64,000 bases of DNA, taken from Balanoglossus misakiensis (lineage: Eukaryota; Animalia; Hemichordata). Below, one piece after another: positions 25,401 through 38,500 of the stretch (position 1 is its first letter; the number at the start of each line of letters is the position of its first letter). A model generated the notes under the pieces. That model was not told the origin of the DNA. It searched no databases and saw only the letters and a list, made by a program, of their open reading frames with translations. The stretch is from the NCBI GenBank assembly GCA_040954595.2, contig CM082584.2, positions 7,893,919 through 7,957,918 on the forward strand, given 5' to 3'. Both the position numbers and the translations under genes were made by a program.

Positions 25401-28110
25401 GAAGAGAAACCAGACTCCAGTACAGCAGAGAAGAAAGAGGGGGAGACCTCGGAAGCAAAAACAGAGGATGAGGAGGATGAAGAGGGAGAGGGAGATGATT
25501 CTGAGGCAGCTGGGGGTACAGAGGGTGAAGGGTCGGCAGCTGAGAGTGCGAGTAAAGAGGTAAGCGAGTTGGAGGAGGGTAAATTGGATCTTTTTTTTTA
25601 ATTTGGAAAACGGAACTTGGGTTAAATACCTGTTTGTGTATTGATGTACATATTTTTTTTCTTTTCAGGAAAGTGAGGATGTTTCAAATTTCCAGCTTGC
25701 GTGGGAGATGTTAGAATTGGCCAAATTGATCTTTGGAAGGTAGGATTTTCATGGTCTAGATTAGAAATGCATGAAATACAGTAACATATCTCTTACTAAG
25801 CTTACTTACAGTGAGCTGTCAACCTTTGTACCCATAATGCAATTCTAAAGTGATTTGACCCTCAACATAAAATAAAATCCCATTTAAGGTTGCAAGAATT
25901 CCAATATAATTTAAGTTTTCGTGCATTTGTGAATTGTTTGCAGGCAAGAAGGAAAAGAAAATGAACTGCGTGTGGCGCAGTGTCACTTGAAACTCGGCGA
26001 GGTCGGACTCGAGACAGAAAATTACCCCCGAAGTGTGGAGGATTTCCAGTCGTGCTTAGATATACAAGTCAAACATTTAGAATCAGAAAACAGACTCCTT
26101 GCAGAAACGTATCCTTTAGAATGGACAAGTCTTGTCAGTGTTGTATTTTCACATGTCTTTCTCAATTTTTAAATTCTTGTTCCTTAACTGAGAAATCTAC
26201 AGTCATTATCAATTAGGTCTTGCACACACATTCAACAAAACATTTGACAAAGCAATCGAGGTGAGTGTTCTGTATCAGTGCTGATCATTTTTCCAGTTGC
26301 CATGGATACTGTCGATCTGATTGTGACTATTGCAAATGGTGGGTGGCAGGATGCTTTTAAGCCAATATTGGTGTTTTGAATTAAGTATGTAATGGTTGGT
26401 TCTTATTTCAGCATTTCAACGCTGCCAAGAAGGTTATTGAAGACAGATTGGCATTGTTGACAAAACGAACGGAGGAAGCGGAACAAGGAAAAGGCAAAGG
26501 TGAGAGAGTGGAATATTATTATTTTTTTTTTTACATTTAAAGAAACACTCATGCATCAATAAAGTTACGGCACTATGAAAACACTTTTTTAACTTTTTCT
26601 CTTGTTAATTTCCTCGACAGAGAAAGCCAGCACGGACGACCCCCTTGTGGTTGATCAGAAAGAAATGCAGGACCTCAAAGATCTCATACCTGATATAATG
26701 GCAAAGGTAATCCCTTTCAAGTGATCATTGGGCAATAATTTTCATCATTTTGCAGGCTTTCACAATTTTTGATTTTTGTCTTTTTCGATGTACTGTGACA
26801 GTCCTATTCAACACACACAGAGCATTGCAGAGAATGAGCTCCCCATGCAGTGGTGTCTTATCTCAATGTTGTCGTCTCTTGTCAGATTGAAGACGCAGAA
26901 GAAATGAAGAAGGATATGGAGACGGCTGCCAAATCTGCAATAGAGGCGGCCGCTGCTGAATTTGTAAGTCACTACTTGTTTTTTCGCCGATGTTTTTTTC
27001 ATGATGGAAACAAAACAGCCTCCATATAATTTTTTTTTTGAAAATTGATTTTTGAAAACTTATTTTCTCTTAGGGTGTATCCAGTTCATCAGGAGACGCA
27101 GTGAGTTTGTTTTATTTTCATATTTAAGTGAACCACCTACACCATATTCTCTTTCTGGTTCACCTTCACTTATTATATTTGACCTAACACGCGGAATATT
27201 GATAAAACATGCTCCTGGAAAGTTTAAGAATTGTGAATAACTGGAAGCGTGTCACCTGTTATACACTCTTGCCACAAATGTTCTGCATGCTTGTTGGGTT
27301 CTCTGTTTTACAAACTGATACCGCATTCGCATTTTGATAATCGGAATATTTTTGCAGGCTGAGAAAAAAGACAGTGCACCCGTCCAGAACATCAGTCATC
27401 TCGTCCGCAAAAAGGTAAGCTCTCAGTTTCATCAATAAACATTGCATGCATATCCTGCATTGCTCTACTGCACTGTTATATACACAACATCGAGAACCAC
27501 TGGAGGTCAGTTTCCCATTTTGGAAAAATATACAGTAGGCTATGCAGGTTGCATATTAAATTTTGTGATTTTTTTTTTATACTTCAGAGGAAACCAGAAG
27601 ATGATGCCAAGGATGACGCCCCGACTGCCGACGCCAAGAAACCCCGATCAGAAGAAAACGGTACTGGTGACGCTTCAAATTGTGTTAATGGGAATGCTAA
27701 GGTGAACGGTGTCAATGGTGTAGCTAACACTACTGATAAGGACAAAGACAAGGTTTGTGTCCTGGGTCTGCATTTTGTTTTTTGCCTTGGGACTCCTGAA
27801 CTTTGACCCCTCTGAACTTTGCCCTCATACTGACCTTTTAAACTTTTCTTCTGATCACTAAATTCTGTGTCTTTTTTCTGACACCTGCACCAATTTCTTC
27901 AGAAACTTCCGTGTTCAGTTTAGACAGGTTCATTGTATACATGTACATACACATACTGGTAAGTCTAGTCAGTCAAACTAAATGATCACTGGAATGATTT
28001 ATTCATGAAATCTTTCCATTTATTTTCCACAGCAGGAAATTCAGACCAAGACGGTGGACGATGTCAAGAAATCTGACGAGGCCGAAGCTGCTCCCATGGA
28101 AACCGCCTAA
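22488..28110 (+). CDS. NASP: Histone H3/H4 (H1) chaperone NASP / N1-N2, about 15 exons
   Basis: [34 protein letters not shown]|[40 protein letters not shown]; long Glu/Lys-rich exons; [18 protein letters not shown]; [17 protein letters not shown]; LLAETHYQLGLA; [13 protein letters not shown] (NLS); a 27-nt microexon at 27074-27100; stop TAA at 28108-28110. Confidence 0.95.
25071..25285 (+). ncRNA. Candidate intronic box H/ACA-like structured RNA
   Basis: GC-richer island in an AT-rich intron with a long 5' hairpin, ANANNA boxes at 25204-25211, and a 3' hairpin ending in ACA at 25280-25282, 14 nt below the upper stem. Confidence 0.4.
26109..26202 (+). other. U12-type (minor spliceosome) GT-AG intron in NASP
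   Basis: 5' splice site GTATCCTTT at 26109; branch site TTCCTTAAC at 26180-26188, 12 nt before the AG at 26201-26202; splicing restores the conserved LAET|HYQLGLA. Confidence 0.93.
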
Positions 28111-29484
28111 CGATCTTTTCTACGATTATTATAGATTTCTAGAATAGTTTACTGAAAGTTAGTGTTTGTAAAAAAAAGTTAAAAAACGAAAAGAGAAAAA
28201 AAACACACACAGGGAGGGTTGAGACTTCAAACTCTGAACCGGATCATGACTGCATATTTTTTTTAAGAAGTACACTCTTGTATTGATTAGTGACGTGTAG
28301 GAATACTTCCAGTTTCTCTGTACATTTTCACTGTCAAAAATCGTGGGGGAAAATATCATCCATTCTCTGTGAATTCTATTACAAACTGACATTCCAAACA
28401 AATCAAGTTCCATCAGGGGAAATATCTACCTCATGAAACGCAGTCACAGTTCAACTCAGTATTTTTCAAGTTTGTGATGAATCTTTTCATCCTTCAGTAT
28501 TTCTAGGTCTATTTTTTCATACTTGACGAGAGATGCTTCCCAAAGAAAAGCGACAGTTGTGCTGTTTAGCGTGTTTAGCGTTTTCTCCGATTTAATGGAA
28601 TTTTCGATACATTAGCTTTACAGTTGTGGCAACTTCGTTTGACTTCCCAGTGAGTGAACCCCCCCCCCCCCCCCTCAAAAAACAAACAAACCAACAACCG
28701 ACAAAACAACTGCCTATCCTTCAATCCAGTTTACTGAGTTTCAATCATTTCCTTATACTCCATGGCAACTGGATCTCTTCATTTACCCAAGACTTGACAT
28801 AACGACAATGCGCTTAGCAGACATTTTATTTTGAGTACCATTCTGGTTTATATAGTCTAGAAACGCGTACCTTTTGTATTGTACGACCTTTTTTGTAGCA
28901 TATGAATATTCTATCCTGCTCCTTGTAGTTGCAAAGTTTGTATATGTTTGAGCAAAAAAAGATCATGTTTACTTATTTACTTAAATTTGCTTATTATATC
29001 GTTTATAGAGTATATATTTATCCTTGCCATAGCTGTCTTGTCCTGATGCTTTATTGTAGAAATGTTTGTGTGATGTTTTTTTTTCCAAAAAAGATCTGCC
29101 AAATTCCCTGTCGGGAAGTGCTTATGTATTCCTTGTGTTTGAAGCCTCAAAGTTGTGCGCTCATCTCAAAATCATGTGCATTGTTTTGTATTCAGAAATA
29201 AATATGCCTTTCCTTTATATAATCAAATTTGGTAGCATTGCCGATTTTATTTATATGCTTTGAGACACCTGTGCAGTATGAGTGCTGAGTGAGGTTTCAC
29301 CTCGCTGTGAGTTACACTAACAGCTTAAATATCCACAGAAATGAGTTGGATATCACTGCATATAACAAAGTATGCACATGCAGACATGTACACACACATC
29401 ATTCATAGCAACTGCAGAGTTTGAACAGCTGATGCACCATGCTTCTCTGACAGACGGACATTTCTACAGCACGTACACTGAACT

Positions 29485-32208
29485 TCAGTCATCTTTCCCA
29501 CTTCGGAGTTGTTTCATCTTGTCTCTGTGGTTACCAGAGGTCTTGCTGAAGTTGCTCTTGACAACCTGCAGGGGTATGTCCTTGCCTGTCAGGCACAGTC
29601 TGTTGACCAGGTCACCCAGACCGAACTTCTCCGTCAACGGGACGTTCTGCCCGTCTTGCCTGCACGTGCTCAGCTCCGACACAAAGGTCGCCATGGCGAA
29701 ACCGGTCATGAAAGCATCGAACCCTGCCCTATGACCTTTCATCCTCTGATTGGCCAGTAAACCAGGTTCGTTTCCTTTGTCACAGAGATTCCCGTTCCCT
29801 GCTTTGGGTTGGGCTGCACTTCCATTGGATCCGGCAGAAATCACTTCTGTGTGGCCTTCCGACTTAACGATACCTTCCGACTTGACGCTCTCTGTGTTAT
29901 CATCGTCCTTTCCAGTATTTGACAACTGGTTGTCCCCGGCAACAGGTGCACTCTCCTCATCGCTGCCTTCAGCTATCGTGCTCAGCTTTCTCTGTTTGGG
30001 GTCAAGTTCGTCGCTCCTGCTCTTCGTCCGGCGCCTCTTCCGTTTTTTCTTCTTCTTGACGAGAGAGATGTCCTCACTGTCCAGGATCGAATCTGGGTCG
30101 TGTGACTTGGGGCACCCTGTACTCTGAGGACAGAATCCGTAGTTCTGAGATGAAAAAAAGGAAATACACAATATTGATAACATTACTGAACATTAAGAAA
30201 GTCACAGCAGAACAGCTGTGACACCATGATTACTGGGGTCAAACTACGTGTACAACAGAACTGTACAACTAAGACTAACTTACTGCATACTGTGCACAAA
30301 TATTCACATCCCGCTTGGTCTGCTGTGACTCCACTGACGTGATTTCTGTCAGGTTTGCTGGCAGGCTGCAATTCTTGTGTTGTATGCACTCCATGTTGGA
30401 TGGGTAGTGGGGAAACTCTATCGTGATGTGTTTCTCGCCCCGGGATTGGCTGACAGCGTTTTTGCGCTGACTGAGGAAGCAAACCAGAGAAAGAGACTAA
30501 GTTGCATTCAGTTGCCATGGACTGATGACATTTTCATTATTTTATTCTATTGTCAGTCTGTAACTGACAGACACTGACAGTATTTAAACCCTTTCGCTCC
30601 AATTGTGCTGTATACCATGAAATCTAAGGCTAAACCACACTACTGGGGTTGAGAATGGCAGCTTTATGGTACCAGGATCTGCTCCCGTGCCTTACCTTCT
30701 CCTAAAGACATACTCCAGATAGGACGCCGAAAACCTCGCATGGAACTCTGCTATGTACTTAGTGTCATAGATACCACCTACGAACATCTCCGACAGATCT
30801 GCGATGAACGAGGATATGGTGGCCGGCAGCTCTGTGTACAGACTCTGATAGAGGAAAACCAAGTCTACAAAACCATTGTGAAGGACCAAAGGAATGTTGC
30901 AGTTGATGATTTCAAAGAAAAGCTGTCTTATTCCCATTTTGTCTTCTTCCTGGAAAAGAGATTGAGAGAGAATATGGATATGGTGTTGTGAGGGTGTATT
31001 GTGTGTATACCTGTACAGGTATTGAACCTGGTATGATATGGTATAGGCAAACGACTCGTGGATGCCTGCAGACGATATCAATATGATTTCAACAGAAATT
31101 GTACCTGCAGTGTTGATGTGAAACAAAGGCTAAACATTTATGAATAATTTCTGCTTGACATGGTCCAACTTTCAAAACACTTGATATGAATGAAATACAA
31201 AAATTGGTATCAATTATCCTAGTACCTTATCAACTCCAGTGTGAAACGGAACTCCCTTGGAATACTGCTTGTTAAAATCAAATCCGTGCTCCACCAGAAA
31301 CTTCAACGATGCCGGCTCAACCGTATAATCGTCTTGGCACAGCGTGGTAATGTCAAATGTCTGCACATAGAATGGCAGAGCCTGGCTTTCCTGTTCAGGA
31401 CTGGAGAATGGAATCTTAAAGCAGGAGAGACCTAGAGAAACCATGGCTCTCGTCTTCGCAATGTCGTATGTGGCTTTGTATCTCTCTTCCACTGATCTGC
31501 AATGAGAAAAATTAAAATGTGCATGCTTTCATCATTGAAAATTTTATTTATAATTTAACCAGTCAATTCAAGCTACAAGGGTAGGAGATTAAAGTTAGCA
31601 ATGCACTATAAAATATCGTGTTGAAATCACACTCCAGGTCTATCACAAAAAATGATACAATGACTGCATCTTAAAGCATGCACTGAGCACAGTACAGTCT
31701 ACAGAGAAAGAGAATACTCACTGTGCTCTCAGAGCCCGTCTGGGTCCAAGACCACTCAATTCCTGAAAAAGTAAAATTATGATATATAGCCATGTTTATA
31801 TTAAACTATTTTAATTTTCAATTCCATGCATGGTATACCACTGAAACCATTGACACAAGGACTACATGCATGGGTATATTTTGTGGATGAAACTGACACT
31901 TTACTGGCTCCCTAACCCCCCCCCCCCCCCTTCCTTGCAGATTATCCTTACAAGTTACAAGTACATGCTGTTGGGGTCTGGGGTCGTGCAGAACCGTAGC
32001 TCGAGGTTTGCCATCCACACACAATTACCAGGCAAAACCTCGAGGTACGGTTCTACAGTCTACAACTACTCTACTGTAATCAGGTAATACACACCGTGTC
32101 AATAGCCACAAACGACGACGACTTGATTGCCAACATCATCGTGGGCCACATGTCAATGAAGTTCTCCTTGTGCACGTCGACGACGGGGACTTCTGAGAAC
32201 CAAGCCAT
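29485..32208 (-). CDS. TOE1: Target of EGR1 protein 1 (CAF1/DEDD-family snRNA deadenylase), 6 exons
   Basis: [32 protein letters not shown]|[14 protein letters not shown]|[15 protein letters not shown]; [13 protein letters not shown]; [14 protein letters not shown]; [18 protein letters not shown]; CCCH finger CAQYA|[15 protein letters not shown]; basic [13 protein letters not shown]; [12 protein letters not shown]. Confidence 0.95.
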
Positions 32209-32515
32209 CGTGTCCGTCGATTCCTTCAAGGCAGAGTTGTCACTAAGTAGTAGGAAGCCTCAACAAAATATCGCGTTTGATTGCTGTACCTGTACCTGTA
32301 CCTGTAGCATGCACGAAGTTTTGAAAACTGCTGCCAATGATGTCATTGTGCGCAGTGACCCACAGGTCATCGCGCACATTGTTTATTTCGCGGGAAAGTT
32401 GCGATCAGCTGATTGATTGTTATGAAAGGTGAAAACAGCTGATCGGTAAGGCAGTTCGGGCGTGGAGACGATCTGGCGGGGGATCAGGCGTCTGTTTGCA
32501 ACTCATATCATCAGA
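32209..32515. promoter_or_regulatory. Bidirectional promoter TOE1/MUTYH with E2F site
   Basis: 307 bp between divergent ATGs; TTTCGCGGGAAA at 32386-32397; CHR-like TTTGAA at 32320-32325; imperfect palindrome at 32347-32378. Confidence 0.7.
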
Positions 32516-35500
32516 ATGGTACGAAAGAAAGATCAGATGAAGAAGAGAAGAAAAAGAGACGACGGTAGGATGCGAGATTTTTAAAATCTATTACAGCGTG
32601 TGAGTTTACACTGGTTACCATGCTTACGAGTCACTTGATCAATGTACACAGAGTACCCCATCAGTGATGTCCCAGAAAATTTGTGTTCACAGAAATAGGA
32701 GGCATAAAAGAGGAGGAGAATCTTTATCACAGCTATGTAGATGATGCAGAGATACAATGCTTGAGAAGCGATTTGCTCCAATGGTATGACACAAACAAGA
32801 GGGAGTTACCATGGCGACAGCTGGTAAGCACAATAATAAAATTTCATTTCGCTGTCTCTCACCATAGATACACTCAGTTGACATGACAACATACTTCTGT
32901 CCCCCTTCCAGGCTAAGTTGGAAGATGTCAATAGAAGGGCATATTCGGTCTGGGTGTCAGAAATCATGTTACAGCAAACTCAGGTTGCCACGGTGATTGA
33001 TTACTATGACAGATGGATGAAGGTGGGTCCAGATCGATTTTTTGATAGTTTCACTATTTTGCTCATCAAATAATCTGTTTGCAGATTTTTTTTTACAAAT
33101 ATATGAATTAACAAAAAAGTTTTAGCTTTCGTGTCTGAACTTAGTGAAACTAAATTCAAGAATAATTTGTCTTCTTTTCTCAGAAATGGCCGTCTCTGCA
33201 AGATTTAGCAAAGTCTAGCCTGGAGGTAAGTCAGATGGACTTGTCACTATCTCAGTATCTGTAACATTGTATTGTAATAAGTTTCCTGACCCATAGTTAC
33301 ATGCCTAAAAAATTACAAAAATAAAAGAAAGTTGCAAAATTTTATATTTGTCCTAATTAGGAAGTGAATGAGATGTGGTCTGGGCTTGGCTACTACAGCA
33401 GAGGTCGTCGACTCCATGAAGGTGCTCAGAAGGTCATGACGGAAATGGATGGTGAAATGCCAGCAACAGCAGAAACCTTGCTGAAGATGTTACCTGGTGT
33501 TGGTAAATATACAGCCGGTGCAATTGCTTCTATTGCATACAATGAGGTAAACATCTTAACACAATTTGCGTGTAAATTGCATGGAAATTGAATAATGATA
33601 AAAAACACCTTTAAGTAATTATATACCTAATAATTACCCCTGTTTACTTCGATTTTTAATTTTTAATGATGTCAACAAGGAAACAAATAAAAACAAATGA
33701 TATCCTGAAATGGGCAATGAGGGTGCTAGACCTAGTCAACGAGGGAACAGGAAAAAAAACAAAGGATATCCTGAAATGGGCAATGAGGGTGCTAGACTTA
33801 AAGAAAGTTTCCTCAGGATCACTGGAATTCACCTGTAGTTTAAACATACTGAATAAACTTTTTAATAAAACATTGCAAAAGTCATAATGGCATGCATTTT
33901 ATTAATTACCGGTAACCATCTCTGTCATTCTTCATCAGGCAACTGGTGTTGTTGATGGCAATGTTATCCGAGTTTTATCAAGAACCAGAAGTATTGGTGC
34001 TGACAGTACAAGCCAACATGTCATAGATAAACTTTGGTACGTCAGAAGGTTCATTCCACCAACCTAATAGTCTTCAACAATTTTAGGAAGTTTTAACATT
34101 TTCACAGTGAAATCCAAAAAATGAGAAATTTAGATATACAACTTTGTCTTTCTCTGCATTACAGGTCTCTGGCAAATACTATAGTTGATCAAGACAGACC
34201 GGGTGATTTCAACCAAGCTATGATGGAGCTAGGCGCCACTGTATGTACTCCCAAGACACCACAGTGTGGTGACTGCCCATTGAAGAGTTACTGCAGGGCC
34301 TATACTCAGGTATGTATAACAGAAACAGATCAACTGGCAACACAATTGTATGTGCGCATGTATTGAGGTCTGTATTACTTTTACATGAATTAGGGAAAAC
34401 AAAATGTCATGATAGTACAAATTATCACTTGTATTCTCAGGTTGAGAGACAGAAACTGAAATCAGCGCAGAGGTTGCTGAAAAGAGAAAAGGGAGAGGAA
34501 AAGGGAATTAAAAGTGAAACTGGGACAGAAGCAGAGTTGACTGAAATGACTGTACCGGATATAGAATGCGGTGAGTTTACATGTAGCTAGTTGCAATAAT
34601 GCTAGCCTCGTCTATGTGAATATTTATGGGAACACATTTCTTTCACCAAGAACTCGATCAACACAAACCACTTGTGAATACTAGTAAGATTCAGGTGGTT
34701 AATCAATTTTAGAACTATTCACAGATTTTGGTGAATCCAGCAGAATATTCTATGTAACTCACAACAAATAATGATCAACTTTTAAACGTAAACTACTTGG
34801 CTTTCTAGTAATGTCATCATCTACTAAGTTGACAGTTTTTAAAAATCTCTTTTTCTTTTCACTTGACAGCCGATGAGGGCTGCAGACTCTGTATTCCCAC
34901 AGATGAATCATGGGATATCACCTTAGGGGTCATGAACTATCCAAGAAAGCCAAAGAAAAAACCTCCAAGAGAAGAAAAGGTAGACAGAATGTGATTAAAC
35001 GTGCTTATTAGCATCCATTGTAGTCAAACTGTATTAACTCAAAAAATTAATTCTCTGTTGTTGTTGTTGTTGTAGACTGCAGTGTGTATTATAGTAAGAC
35101 AGAATGGAAATGGAGATGAAGAGTTTTTACTGGTACGAAGACCTGATAAAGGTGAGGACTGCTCCGTCAGTGTTCACATCCAGAGTCTGCCCGGTTGAAA
35201 ATTATGCAGCAAATACATGTATCCTTGTGAAGTCCTGTTTTTTTAAATTGGCGTCGATCACACACACACATACATGAATGCAAGCATGAATACATACATA
35301 CATACACATGCACGGACACACAAACACACCAGAGCTTTCTATAGGTGCATCTAACGTCGATTCATTGACGGCATTATACAGCTCTGTTTGGCGACAAATG
35401 GAGCTCTGTGACCTGTGATTGCTTGAACTACAGGACACTGAGGCACAACTTCACAAGGGTACTTACATTAGAATTGGATTCACGAAGCTGGTCTGTAGCA

Positions 35501-38500
35501 AGGCCCTTCAAGCATTCTTGCTATGTTTAGCATGGATGGAACTGTACTCAGAATGTAATGGTTTACAATCATTTATTGCATGGTTATTTATTTTATGAAG
35601 AATGATGGATGCCTGAAATGGCAGTGAATTGTGTCCGATTTAACATGATTTACATGAAAAAAGTGAAGTCCTAATGAAATGCAAACAGCACATACTAGAA
35701 GAAAATTGTTGGTTCCCTGTTCAATTTACGTCGGATTGAAATTTACATAGTTGACCTAGAAAAATCAATTGCGCGTGTATTGTCATCTCTAGCGGATTTT
35801 ATTGCTAACAGTAAATGTACTTGTGTTAATATACAACGGTAAATCCTTTGTAAGTTAACCCCAAGGGTGTAACAAACCGTTTTCACCCCTAAAACAAGTC
35901 CTAGTCTATCCAGATACATGAATCAATTGCAACTCACAGATTTTGATTTTCAAAAGAACCACTCTTTGTTTTAAAAGAAATTCGGAGGGTTTTGTGGCAA
36001 TATCCCATAAACAGTATCGCATTTTCAGAAAGGCTTGCTTGTTTCTTTCCAGACAGGCTTTTAAAATGGCATACGAATACAGCAGGCATGGTTTATGCAC
36101 CATCCATGGGCCCCTCTTAATAAAAGGCAATACATTACTATTTATCATATTTCTATCTTGCAGGACTTCTGGCCAATTTATGGGAATTTCCAAGCACCCT
36201 GCTGGAAGGGGAATTATCGGAGAAGAAACGCCGAGCTGCCATAGACACGTATCTCAGGGAAAAACTGTCATCTATCAAACTCAATTCACAGACGAACAGG
36301 AAACATATAGGAGAGGTACATGTATTTAACAGATTGGTGTGTTTCAATGCTAAGCATATTGAACAAACAATGCTTTAACCGTAAATTTAATTTCAAATAA
36401 AACAGGACAATAAAAGTCACACTCTGTACATTTGTAGCTCTCCCAGCAGTCCTAAAAGCAAGCCACAGTCACAAATCATGAACACCTCAAATCCCTCGGG
36501 GTTGGGGTGGAAATTCCAGGGGAATAGCAGAGCATCCAGAACCACTCCATCAGCATTTTCAACTTTGTTTTAATTTCCAGGTCGTTCACATCTTCTCCCA
36601 CATTCACCAAACTTACATTGTGGAAACATTTAGGGTGGACTTTCAGGACTCTTCTGCAGAGTGTTGCCATGCCGACCAACCCGCCTGCAAATGGGCAACG
36701 AAGGAAGAGTTTGTGAGTTCTGCCATCTCCACTGCCGTCAAGAAAATATTCAAAACTTACGAGTCTGCGAAAGGGTTGACGAAGAAGGTAAGAATGTAGG
36801 ATTTGCAGTTCTGTGTGTTGTTGGTCTGCCAGACCCTAGTGTCATCGATTCTGACTAATCATCTGTGTATTTCAAAATGGCCGGCAATCATATTTAGTCA
36901 TGCGCACAACAAATGTGAACTCCTCTGCTCAATAAATCGTAGAAAAAATCAGTGAAAAGTCATGCCTACTTAGATTTAATTTTTTGAAAATTTAAATTTT
37001 GATGACTTGAGTGTACGAAAATCCAAGATAAGAACGTGCCATCTTGTTGCTTGAGTGAACACACACTCAGGATTTGAATTGGCATAATTGTGTGGACATT
37101 CAATCTTTTTCGCTCTTTTGCTCACATTGAAAGATATATGGTTGGCACGGATACATGACATAATCACCCTTTCACGAGTAATGTCTCAATACATTATGTA
37201 TTTCTGAACGATTGCGTGATTGAAAAATTGGGGTTCAGTTAGGTCAGATGCATAAAGCACGGTGCTAAAGTTATTTGTTTCTTGTGCAATACAGTAGTTC
37301 GAATGCAAAGAATCTCTGAGATTTATTTCAGTTTTTCGTTAATGGAGAACTCAGTATTTTATGGAAACTAATGGAAACCTTACTGAAATGCACCTGGGAA
37401 ATCACCAAGAATTTAATTGCTGTCGTTAAGCATTATTGCCATCACAAGATGAAAGTAGGAATGTTTAAAATGATGTAACTTGCATTAAAGAATAATGCAT
37501 CGCATTGATGAGTAATTGTACTTGGACCATGTTATAATATCAGTGAGGTGAATTTCTAGACTTGAAATAAATCTTATCTAATATCAAGGGAGAGCAAATT
37601 GATTTGCCTTTAAATTGAGTCAGGCTTATAGAGTTAACAAATACGATTGTGGGTCTGTCTGTATAAAGTTTTGTCCTGGGATATCAAATTAATTGAGCAT
37701 TGAGTAAATAATTCATATTTGACATCTTCATTTCAGCCATTGAGGCAATACAGAATACATCGTATGCTCTGTATGTTAACTCACTTGTTCAAATCCCTGC
37801 CATCTCTAACTTTGAAAGTCACGTTGAATTATTGTACTCGTAAAGCATGCTTTTCAGATGGTGAAAATGTCATTCCAGACACCAGCCGTGAGAAGTGGCA
37901 TACATCATGTTATGAGTAATTCAATAGAAACATCCGTATAAATTTAACCTTGAGCAGTATCTGAGGTTTTACACTTGCGGTTTAACGTCAAAGTCCTCGA
38001 TAATTTAATCGTAAATTGAAGTTTTTATAGCATTTTGAAATGACATATCAATGCGCATTCAAAGGATATGATCAGCTAGTGTGTTCAGTGCATACTCAGG
38101 AAATGTTGATCATGGCTTCAAGCGCAAAGAGCAGTCAGTCAGTCTGTCGCTGTAATTGAAGTTCTGATTTTAAATTGCATTTTCAGAAATTTACAGATTG
38201 AAAAAAAATGACTGACAGCATTAGCAATGAGTCAACAGAATTAATGCATTAATGATTAACGCAATTAACTTGATGTCACAGTGAGTGAGACAAGTTCTTT
38301 TATGTTTTTATCGAGTTGTTATAATACCATTACCATGGAGTCTATGTGGACGACATGTAGAACCACACGATTCTATAACATAACTTTTTGCGTACCAAAC
38401 AGGAGAACAGTGTCCTTGATGCTATTTTCTTGTTACAGTCACTGGGTATTAATCGACAGTGACCATAGAGAAATTCAACTTATTATCTATATCTGACATC

